Positions 23,876-34,219 of a stretch of DNA of 64,000 nt are shown piece after piece. Each line of letters starts with the position of its first letter. The first letter of the stretch is position 1. Position numbers and translations under genes: made by a program. Source of the DNA: Eledone cirrhosa (taxonomy: Eukaryota). Below the pieces are notes generated by a model that made no database searches, was not told where the DNA came from, and saw nothing but the letters and a program-made list of their open reading frames with translations. The stretch spans positions 98,394,001-98,458,000 of the forward strand of contig OZ024744.1 of assembly GCA_964016885.1 (NCBI GenBank), read 5' to 3'.

Positions 23876-24863
23876 TCATAATCTATAAAGCTCATGTGTG
23901 TGGTCATGCTCCTTCATTATAGAAATCTACGATATAGAATTTCTTCAATTGAAATTTACAATTCAGTATTCGAAATAGTTTCGATTGCGTCTTGACGCAG
24001 ATAATTTTTTCAATTTCACCCACAATTACGCAAAAAATAGATAAAACTCAATATTTTACGATTTTTTTCTCTCATTTAAACTGCTAAACTCTTTCTACTA
24101 CCATTCAAAATCTATACAACTTCATACTTTCTGCTACTTTCTCTTTCCAAGCTTGATGGTGATACTGTCCGTTCACACCACTCCCTACTGTCTTAAATTT
24201 AGAAAACACATCCTCTATGAGGTTACTAAACCTGCTAGAAACAGCAGCTAACTCTCCCCCATATCACACCCCTCCCCACTGTCTTAAATTTAGAAAACAC
24301 ATATCCTCTATGAGGTTACTAAACCTGCTAGAAACAGCAGCTAACTCTCCCCCATATCACACCCCTCCCTACTGTCTTAAATTTAGAAAACATATCTTCT
24401 ATGAGGTCACTAAACCTGCTAGAAACAGCAGCTAACTCTCCCCCATATCTCACCACTCCCTACTGTCTTAAATTTAGAAAACACATATCCTCTATGAGGT
24501 CACTAAACCTGCTAGAAACAACAGCTAACTCTCCCTCATATCACAACCCTCCCTACTGTCTTAAATTTAGAAAACACACAGACATCCATGCAGAACAACT
24601 CCATCGCAGCTCTGTTGTTCGGCTGGCATCGTCTACGCGCGTGTTGCGCAAGTACTGTGAAACAATAAATTTCAACACTTTTTGCACAGAGATAATATCC
24701 ATAGGCGAAACTACAATTGTCACTGCTGGCGCAGCTCCTGCTTCCAGGTTTGCAATTCATTCACCCAGTGCCTAGCAGACAAAAAAGTGCTGCCATAAAA
24801 TGGGTGGTGCAACCTAACTTTGGTAACTTAATGACCCCGAGCAACGCCGGGCTTTAATGCTAG
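23876..24863 (+). mobile_element. Non-autonomous Helitron with an internal minisatellite
   Basis: 3' hairpin cccgagcaacgccggg followed by CTAG|T at 24860-24864; putative A|TC 5' end (less certain). Confidence 0.65.
24175..24580. repeat. ~93-bp tandem repeat (~4.3 copies)
   Basis: Repeated ctccctactgtcttaaatttagaaaacac...gctaactctcccccatatc. Confidence 0.93.
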
Positions 24864-25019
24864 TTACATATAAGAGTACAATCTAATCATTGTAAAATAA
24901 GGCTTCGAAGAAATACCTTTGTCCGGAGTTATCATACATTTTCACTGGTATCTAATTGTTGTCTTGTGGAAAGCTTACAACGTAATGTCATGATGATTCT
25001 TCCTTAACACATGCAACGG

Positions 25020-25438
25020 CCTTCTGATACCAATATACAAATAATTATGCCTTCGACACTCAGTAATGTTATATAAACATTTTATTGTCCTGTAGACTAA
25101 ATGAGCACACACCAGGATATTCAATTACAAGCAGTAATTAGCCATCCATTTAATAAGTTAGCCAGAGCTAGAAAGAAACTTCCTGGAACAATGCAGGAAA
25201 TATTCAACACATCTTCGTAGGAAATATTCCGTACATCTTCATAGGAAATATGCACTACATGGTAGGAAATAGCCAGAACATCTTCTGTTGGCAGTCAGAA
25301 ACTCTCTCTCCGTCTCAACCCCGTTTACTAGAATGAAAGAAATAGTATATTCATGCGCGACTTACACGATTGGTCAACCAGTAACCAAAGCGCGCATGAA
25401 AAATTGTTGTTGGGAGATACGAAATAATGCTGCTACAT
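25020..25438 (-). mobile_element. LTR plus primer-binding site of a second, truncated LTR retrotransposon
   Basis: Minus strand begins TGTAGCAGC, contains AATAAA near its end and is followed by TGGTATCAGAAG (PBS-like). Confidence 0.6.
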
Positions 25439-25467
25439 CTCTCTTTTAAGATCCACATTGAGAAGAC

Positions 25468-25918
25468 TTTAGTGTTGCTAGACCCAGGGTTACTTACTCC
25501 GGTAAGTAGCACCGGAATCTAACTACTAAATTTAATCGAAATATGAGGTAAGAGAAATTTTATACAACACCATATCGTGTGAGAATTATCTCTCACTACA
25601 AAGGTAATGATGAAAAGCATAACCAGTTTGTCAAAGCGAGTATCAAATATAAACTTTCATTTATTGTAGTTCCATGTTACAATTGTGGTAAACAAATATC
25701 CTCGTACATAATTAGGTACAATCCTGATCCATGAGAAGTGGTTAGAGAAAAATTAACATGCTTGTGCTCGTTGATGTCAATTCGAAGAAAAGCGCCAAAA
25801 GAGAGTGAGAGATTTTGAGTTCCCTCTTTTATATCCTTTGACCAGAAGTTACAAGGAAGGTTCTAGAATTCCAACGGGAAGTAACTCTAGCTAGTTCCCT
25901 TGTCTAGAGAGCGCTACA
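25468..25918 (-). repeat. 3' LTR of the Gypsy element (PPT gagaggggag at ~25923-25932)
   Basis: About 4 mismatches against 30345-30795 by eye. Confidence 0.96.
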
Positions 25919-26427
25919 AGACTCCCCTCTCAGACGAGAAGTCGAATAACCAATCGAAGATCATTGTAGCGAGAACATGTAAGAAATGAGGAGCAAAACA
26001 AAAGGTACAAGAACATGAATGAATAAAACATGAGCAAGCAAATAGCAAAAATGAGCATAAAACAAGTAATGCATTTTTACAAAGAATATGTTTGAATGTA
26101 ATGATTGATAAATCATAGTCAATACAAAGGAACAGAGAAAATTGATGCTCAATGGTAAAATCAAAGTCAAATAGTTCATCCTTTACTAGTGTACAGACTT
26201 TCTGACACTAGTTCTATAAAAAAACTGAAAAAAAGAGGTATGTTAATGCCACTAGAAGTTAAAAGTATATTGTTTTTGATAGTTTTTGTGGCCTGCCCCC
26301 TCGTGTGACATAAGGTTGTGAGGCATGTGGTGTTTGCGGTGGAGGTGAAGGTGTTGGTGTAGGAGTGTATGTATGAGGTGTATCAGGCAGTGTGATGAGA
26401 CTTTCAGAGAAAGCCTTTTTTGCTCTG

Positions 26428-27330
26428 TCAATGGATCTCTTTTCGTCCATTGACAGCCACTGTGAAATGTTTGGGGGTGTGCGAAAGCACACGAAAAGGT
26501 CCATTATAAGGTGACGTAAGAGGTCCCTTGACGGAATCATTCCGTATGAAAATGTGTGTCCATGTAGAGATGTCCGATGGGACAGCAGAAGAAATAGACT
26601 GGTCACGAGGGTTCATCGGTGGAAGATCCGAGAAATACGAACGAATTCTGGTGACATATGATGCTGGGTCAAGATGTGATGAATCCACTGGTGCTAACAT
26701 TTGTCCAGGAAGAGACAAGGTGGTACCATAAAGAAGTTCAGCAGAAGAAAAACCTAAATCTGTCTTAATGGCAGAACAACAACTAAGAAGCACGATTGGC
26801 AAAAATTCAGTCCAACGTTGCAGATCAGGAGTAGCGCGAAGTGCAGCTTTCAACTGTCTATGAAACCTCTCGACCATTCCATTGGAGGCTGGGTGATAGC
26901 TGGTCGTATGAATGTGATGAGCACCCAAGAGTCGTGATATTTCACAAAATAAGGAAGCTTCAAATTGGCGTCCATGATCCGTAGTTATTTTAGTAGGAAC
27001 ACCGAAACGAGCAATCCAATTGGAAATGAAGGCTCGCGCAATGGACTCTGCTGTTATGTCCATGAGGGGTATGGCTTCAGGCTACCGAGAGAAACGATCG
27101 ATACAAGTCAATATGTATGTGAACCCACGACTAACGGGCCATGGACCAACAATATCCATGTGTATATGACGGAAACGTGCGTCTGGCGGGCTGAATTTCC
27201 TAAGAGGAGCGCGGATATGCCGATAAATCTTAGAGCGCTGACACTTCAAGCAAGAACGTGCCCAAACTGGTGATTAAACGACATATTAGACCAGAAGAAT
27301 CAAGCCGTAATAAGCTTCACCATGGTAGCT
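26428..27330 (-). pseudogene. Gypsy integrase (disrupted)
   Basis: 'FGVPTKITTDHGRQFE', 'HTTSYHPASNGMVERFHRQLK', GPY/F-like 'PYNGPFRVL'. Confidence 0.92.
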
Positions 27331-28657
27331 ATGCCAAGGTGTGACAAGGAATAAGTGCATCAAAAACGGTACGCTGATGACAATCCGGAACAAACGGTCT
27401 GGGTGAACCAGTAGAAATATCACAAAGAATTTTTCCTTCAGCAGATGGAAGAGGTAAATAATCAAACTTACAGCAGGAAAGTTGGGTAGAAGAAATGTTC
27501 AACGAATCCAAAGTAGTTTGGTCAGTTGCTATGGCAACTAAATCGATATGTGCAGGAGACGCAAGAGAACACACAGAAAGTCGAGATAGTGCATCCGCAG
27601 GTATGGTGGCAGTTCCAGCTATATGACGAATGTCACTGGTATACTGGGAGATGAGATCCAGATGCCTATACGCTCTCGGAGAGTACCTGTCGGATTTGGT
27701 GTGAAGAGCGAATGTGAGTGGTTTATGGTCTGTGAATACCGTGAATTCCCGACCTTCAAGAAGATGGTGGAAATGTCTCACAGCAAGATAAATCGCTAGA
27801 AGCTCTCTGTCAAAAGTACTGTATCGTTGCTCTGTTGGTTTTAGTTGGCATGAGAAAAATGCCAGTGGTTGAACCTGGTGATCGGTCGCATCTTGCAAAA
27901 CTGCATCAACAGATAAGGAAAGTCTCGCATTTGCAACAGGATGGGCAAGGAAGGAAACTTTGGCTAGCTCAGACTTGATGGATTCAAAAGACTGCAAGGC
28001 ATTGGCAGAAAGTAAAATAGGAGCATCTTTCTTTTTTGCAGCCTTTAAAAACTGTGTCAAGGGGAATAACTTGTCCGCACAGTTAGGAATAAAGCGACGA
28101 TAAAAGTTAATTAATCCCAAGAAATGGCGTAATTGTTTCAAGGATGTTGGTGGTGCGATATGCTGAATCGCTTCTACCTTAGATGGCAAAGGTCGAATGC
28201 CTTCTGAATCTATAAGGTGTCCAAGGAATTCCAGTGAATCTGTCCCAAACACACATTTAGCTGGGTTGATTCTGACTTGGTACGATTGGAGACGTTGAAA
28301 TAACTGAGGTAGATGTTGATGATGATGCTCAGCTGAATCACTGGCTATTAGGAGATCATCAATGTAAGCAAACACGAAATCCAATCCACGCGTGACTTCA
28401 TCGATAAAACACTGGAACGTACTAGAAGCATTCCGCAAACCAAAAGGCATGGACAGAAATTCAAACGAACCAAAAGGGGTGGTCACAGCTGTTTTTGGTA
28501 TGTCTTCTGGATGCACGGGTATTTGATGGTAAGCGCGTACCAGGTCTATTTTAGAAAATATCTTGCATCCATGCAGAACAGATGAAAAATCCTCTAAATT
28601 TGGTAAAGGATAACGATCAGGTGTAGTGATGGCATTAAGTCGTCTATAATCTCCCAC
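27329..28657 (-). pseudogene. Gypsy reverse transcriptase + RNase H
   Basis: 'DYRRLNAIT', 'FSKIDLVRAYHQI', 'MPFGLRNA', 'YIDDLL', 'YSTFDRELLAIY', 'TDHKPL', 'ADALSR'. Confidence 0.95.
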
Positions 28658-28705
28658 AGGTCTAAAATCTGCCTCACCCTTACGAGCTAAATGAAGCGGA
28701 GATGC

Positions 28706-29330
28706 TCACGGGCTGGTTGACGGTCGTATAAGACCAGGCTGAAGCATGTGATCGAACTCATCCCTGGCTTTCTTTAACCTGTCTGGAGCCAGCCTACGTG
28801 GACAAGAAAAAACAGGCGGAGCAGTTGTTGTAATAAAATGTCGAGTCGAGTGGACTACTTGGTTCGGTTTAAATGAAATGTCAGTTAACTCAGGAAACGA
28901 GGCAAGAAGTGAATGAAACTGGTTTCCAGAAGCAGCTATAAAACACGCGGGACTTATGACAGTAGGGGTAGAACCATGAGCAGGCGTAGATAAGGATGTG
29001 GTACCATCCACAAGTTTCTGTCTCCTGACATCTACTAACAGTGAATAGTGGTGTAAAAAATCAGCACCGACAATAGGAGGAGGTACGTCCGCTACGACGA
29101 AAATCCATTTGAAATCTCGACGCAAAGCTAGGTCCAATGATAAAGATATTTGTCCATAAGTTTTTATAGGAGACTGGTTTACTGCATACAAGGAAATACC
29201 GGAAAAATTTGGCTTGGTAGAGCTGAACCGAAGGGGCCAAATACTGCAGCTAGATCCTGTGTAGACCATAAATGATTTGTTTGAAGCTCGATCTCTGATA
29301 AAGAAAGCACGATAAGGAGAATTAATGAGG
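28706..29330 (-). pseudogene. Gypsy aspartic protease region (catalytic DTG appears as YTG)
   Basis: 'FMVYTGSSCSIWP...PIVGADFLHHYSLLVD'. Confidence 0.85.
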
Positions 29331-29361
29331 GAGAGGTCTGCTGTGCCCAGACTCTCCAATT

Positions 29362-30143
29362 TTAGTTTTCCGAGGTCTCGAAAGAGCAGGGCTGAATACA
29401 ATGATTCGCCTTTTCACGAAAACGCACGTGATACCAACACAAAGACGAGTTGTTGGCGGGGAGGTTGGTGCGACGAAGAAGAGAAAGAGACCGATTCCAT
29501 GAACGCCACCTGGATGGTGTTCGCTCCCGACACAGTTTAGCCATTTGACGAGTTAACGCGTCAATGGCTCTCAGTATAGAGTCCTCACGAGATGAAACAG
29601 GCTGTTTTAAAGGTAGAAGAAGCAATGAGTGGATCTGCCGAAGTAGGCACTCGAGAAAATTCCATTATGCGATCCGTCGAGGCTGCAATTTGGTCCAGAG
29701 AACTGGTGTCGACCATATTTGCCAATATGGTCTGCACATTTGTTGGCAAACGGGAGAAAAATAATTGTTTCACGAAAGAGTTGTCCTCTGCTGTTGAGTC
29801 GCTCAGTTCCCAGATGTGCCATAAAAACTGAGACAGGGTTCTATCTTCCAGGTTTTCCTCCTCCAACAAGGAACGAAATTTGCTCTCAGACGAACGGCTG
29901 TTCTGTCTGAGCACTTCAGCCTTTAGTGTTTCATAAGTTATGCCTTGTGGGGGGATCTGTGATTATGTCTTTCACTGACGTGGCGAGCGATGCAGGAATT
30001 CCGCTTATGAGCACATGTAACCTTTGTTGTGCTGCTTGAACGCCGTGGACAGCAAAATACGAATCTAGTTGTGCAAACCACAACTTTGCATCACCTGAAT
30101 ACGTCGGTAGCGAAGAATTGCTCATTATGAATGTAGTAGCCAC
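29362..30143 (-). pseudogene. Gypsy gag (frameshifted)
   Basis: 'LPTYSGDAKLWFAQLDSYF', 'LEDRTLSQFL', 'LCWYHVRF...CIQPC'. Confidence 0.85.
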
Positions 30144-30344
30144 TGAGCGAAATGTTTTTTTTTAACTGCCGCACACGTGGTAGTACCATGAATAGCTGAA
30201 GTGATGTAACATGGAGGAAGCAAGATGGCGAATTCAAAACGAAAGCTTTGTTGAAACCGACGACACGAGGTACAATTTTTTTTTTTCTGCGTATTCGGAG
30301 ATTACTATTCTTCAGTTGGTGTTTTTTTACGTTAGGATCACCAT

Positions 30345-30795
30345 TTTAGTGGTGCTAGACCCAGGGTTACTTACTCCGGTATGTAGCACCGGAATCTAAC
30401 TACTAAATTTAATCGAAATATGAGGTAAGAGAAATTTTATACAACACCATATCGTGTGAGAATTATCTCTCACTACAAAGGTAATGATGAAAAGCATAAC
30501 CAGTTTGTCAAAGCGAGTATCAAATATAAACTTTCATTTATTGTAGTTCCATGTTACAATTGTGGTAAACAAATATCCTCGTACATAATTAGGTACAATC
30601 CTGATCCATGAGAAGTGGTTAGAGAAAAATTAACATGCTTGTGCTCGTTGATGTCAATTCGAAGAAAAGCGCCAAAAGAGAGTGAGAGATTTTGAGTTCC
30701 CTCTTTTATATCCTTTGACCAGAAGTTACAAGGAAGGTTCTAGAATTTCAACGGGAAGTAACTCTAGCTACTTCCCTTGTCTAGAGAGCGCTACA
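30345..30795 (-). repeat. 5' LTR of the Gypsy element; PBS tggtgatcctaacgt (degenerate tRNA-Trp-like) at ~30329-30343
   Basis: Direct repeat of 25468-25918; TGG immediately follows the LTR on the minus strand. Confidence 0.95.
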
Positions 30796-30799
30796 AGAC

Positions 30800-31500
30800 C
30801 AAGTACAAAGTGAATGCGAAGAACAACATCATCGCAAGCTCACTGGTATAACCTGGCGTGCAAACCCACAGACTCTGAAGACAACTGCCCTAGCTCTCTG
30901 CTACTCAGCTGCCGAGTATGCAAGCGCAATATGGGAGCCAGCTCTCCATGTCCAGAAGCTAGATCCTTATCGCAGCCTGAAATCTACACCTACAGACCGT
31001 CTACATATCCTGGCAGACATAGCCCCACCAGAGACACAACGAAGTTCAGCAAGCAAGAAAGAGCATCAACAACACACTACAGATCAAAAACATTCTCTCT
31101 TCGGCCATATGCCAGACAAAAGCCGCCTTAAATCCAGGAAAAGTTTCCTTGAAACTTGAAGCACACATAGTGAAAGAGTCACACGCTGGGAAGAAAAACT
31201 TAACCACCCCTCTGTAACAACAATGGAGCTAAAGGCGAGCAAGGCACTGCCCCCGGAGCAGATACAAACTAAGCAGTGTGGAAATGCCTCAACAGTTTAA
31301 GATCTGGTGTTAGTCGTGCAAAGGTCAATCTGGCAAAATGGGGATATTTAAAGGATGGGGACGTTCTGTGTGAAACCACAGACTATGCAGCACCTCCTGA
31401 TATGACCCCTGCTGGAACAATCCCTGCACAGCATTGGACTTGGCAGAGTTTAATGAGAAAGAACAGAAATGTGTTCATCTGTGGTGGAACCACATCTAGC
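30800..31500 (+). pseudogene. Vingi/Ingi-like LINE 3' part (host of the Gypsy insertion); similar tails at ~32991-33170, 9080-9250(-) and 60800-61000
   Basis: Reading 'LSFKIHIEKT|KYKVNAKNNII' is restored across the Gypsy; 'TTALALCYSAAEYA'; tail 'WGYLKDGDVLCDC..PQTMQHLL'. Confidence 0.8.
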
Positions 31501-33385
31501 CAAGCTTTGTAGCTGACACTCTTGTGGACACGATAATAATAATATTTTCCATAATTTTGTGTTTTTTTCTCATATCCTCTTATCCTTTTCCGGGAAACTT
31601 TTTTTTTGCAAAATCTGTTCAGCCATTTGTATGTACTTTCACCTGAAGATATGACTAACATCCATAGCTTGCATTTCTGTACGCTTTGTTAGCTTATGAA
31701 ATCATTGGTTGCAAATGGATTATCATGTGTATGAATCATAATAAATAAATGTACATATGTACATGTGTGTGTGTGTGTGCCACAATTTTCAGAGGTGAAA
31801 CTGGGACTGAGATTATCATGCAAAGTCTGAAGAGACTCGGCATTTGGGTTGGATATTAAAGGAGAGTCAGTCTCTTCTCCCCACCAGCCAGAAGGTTCTG
31901 GGTTTCTTTTACTGCAAATATATTAACATAATTGCATGTTTTCTTCTTATATGAAGGAAGTTCCTAGCAAGTGTTGAAGTGGTATATGTGAGTTGGTAAG
32001 ATATATAACTTGTGTTTATTACTTAGAAGTTTGAGAGTCAGACTGAGGGACATAGAAAACAGAAGATGTACAGAATAGTTGTTCTTTACGTGACACCATA
32101 TCTATGTAAAATATTGTCCAGTTGAACAGTAACATTTTAAAATAAAGTAAACTTCACATCATTTTTCATAAAGAAATATTTTATTCATTCTTCATTACTT
32201 TCATATTTTTTACTTGAAACTATTTTTCTAAGTAATAAATTGTCATTTTTAATTTTGTTAAGAAATTTTAAGCCTAAAGTTTGTCTCAATTCCAAAGGCT
32301 CATCAGACCGGAGCTTATTGCAGTTTCCATTATAGGAAGCAACTGAGAACCAGACTCTCCTCTGGACATGACACCAGTCTAACACAGGGTTAAACTCCTA
32401 ACTATTTCTGCTGGTACTCATTTTCAGCTGAGTATACTGGAGCAATGTGAAATGAAGTTTTTTGCTCAAGAACACAACACACATCAATATTTCTATGGCT
32501 GGATGCCCTTAGTAAAACTCAACCATTTCATAGTTTGTACTTGGAGCATTTTATCATGATTATGGCACTACCACATGTTTGACTGGGTGCATTTTATGGT
32601 GGCACCAGCACTATTTCCATCAATACCTCACCAGCTTGACCAAAGACACATTAGTGTGCTAGAGTGCTCAATGTGTCCTTGGTCAGGTTAGTTAGGCATC
32701 CATGGAAATAAGGGTGTATAAGTCAGGATCTTGGTTTCTTTTTTTACTTACTACGACTTTAGTTGTGTTAAGTTGAATCTGAAGCCTTTTGCTACCGAGT
32801 CAGGAATTTCTTCTCTAATTCTGTTGCAGATTTGGGTATGAGGACTAGATCTATATATATAGGCGTTTCCATGAACAGCCAGTCATAAACTCCCCTGTTA
32901 AGGCCTGGAAGACAATAATAAACAGGAGGTTAGTGATAACAGCTCTAGTTGACCTCCAACTGCACACTAAATTCTTCATTATATTCATCATGGCAAAATG
33001 GGGATATTTAAAGGATGGGGACGTTCTGTGTGACTGTGTCATCGAACCACAGACTATGCAGCACCTCCTGATATTCCCCCTGCTGGAACACCCCTGCACA
33101 GCATTGGACTTGGCAGAGTTTAATGAGAAAGGACAGCAATATGTTCAGCTGTGGCGGAACCACATCTAGCCAAACTTTGTAGCTGAAAATCTTGTGGTCA
33201 CGATAAGAACTTTTAGTTGGTGTTCTAAACAATTTGATTTTATAATTTTACAATTATACAATTTTGCTCAAAATTGTAAAATTATAAAATTAAATTGTTT
33301 AGAATTACGAATGATGTCATTCTTTTCCTATTTTTTCAAATATACCTAACTGTACCAAGGATTTCACACATTTTCCAATATATAT
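31050..33385 (-). repeat. Copy B of the inverted, permuted segmental duplication
   Basis: Reverse complement of 7086-9555 with a changed block order. Confidence 0.95.
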
Positions 33386-33394
33386 ATATATATA

Positions 33395-33810
33395 TTGTTA
33401 TACTTTGGGAGGGTCATGTTGCCAATAAGAAACACACGCACCAGTTGCTTTCACTCCAATTTATTATAAATTAAATTTATAAATTTCCGGTTGGTTGGTT
33501 GGTTCCATAACCAGACGGTTGTTCATATATTGTTAAAGTTCTTTCGTCACACATTCTGTGACCTCTTCAGTGACTGGGGATTCTTTTCTTTGTTTTGTGC
33601 CTCTCCTACGCCATTTTGTTTTTTCAAAACAAGATGGCATTGGACAGAACAAAGGAGAGGCACAAAACAAAGAAAAGAATCCCCAGTTACATAAGAGGTC
33701 ACAGAATGTGTGACGAAAGAACTTTGACAATATGTGAACAACCGTCCGGTTGTGGAACCAACCAACCAACCGGAAATTTATAAATTCTTAAATTTATAAA
33801 TTTAATTTAT
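33395..33810. repeat. Inverted pair of Penelope-type pseudo-LTR segments, each with a hammerhead-like motif
   Basis: 33470-33605 is the reverse complement of ~33657-33790. Confidence 0.8.
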
Positions 33811-34181
33811 AGTACCACTGCTAGTATATATATAGTAATAATTGTTTCTATTTTAGGCACAAGGACATCAATTACCCAGTACATTACTGGTACTTTATTT
33901 TATCGACCCCGTAAGGATGAAAGGTAAAGTTAACCTCGGCCGGTTTTGAACTCAGATCGTAAAGGGACGTAACTATGCTGGAAAGCATGTCTGACCCTCT
34001 ACCGATACTGCCAATTCACCGCCCCTATAATTGTTAATAATGATATATGGTTTTATAAATATAGTTTCCATTTATTTAATATCATTGTATATTATACTCC
34101 AGAAAACTTGTTGAGTGCTCTGAATCAGCTATAAACATTTATATTTGTTGAATTACCAACAAATTGAATATCCCTTATGCT

Positions 34182-34212
<31 letters not shown>

Positions 34213-34219
34213 CTGTGTG

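Larger units (their letters stand above)
25468..30795 (-). mobile_element. Full-length Gypsy/Ty3 LTR retrotransposon with disrupted gag-pol
   Basis: Two 451-bp LTRs, AGAC duplicated at 25464-25467 and 30796-30799, PBS and PPT present, domain order gag-PR-RT-RH-IN. Confidence 0.96.

Noticed and set aside
7086-33385. Giant DNA transposon (Maverick/Polinton-like) with long TIRs
   Set aside because: The inverted blocks are permuted mosaics of old LINE/SINE pieces, and there are no polB, integrase or capsid genes between them
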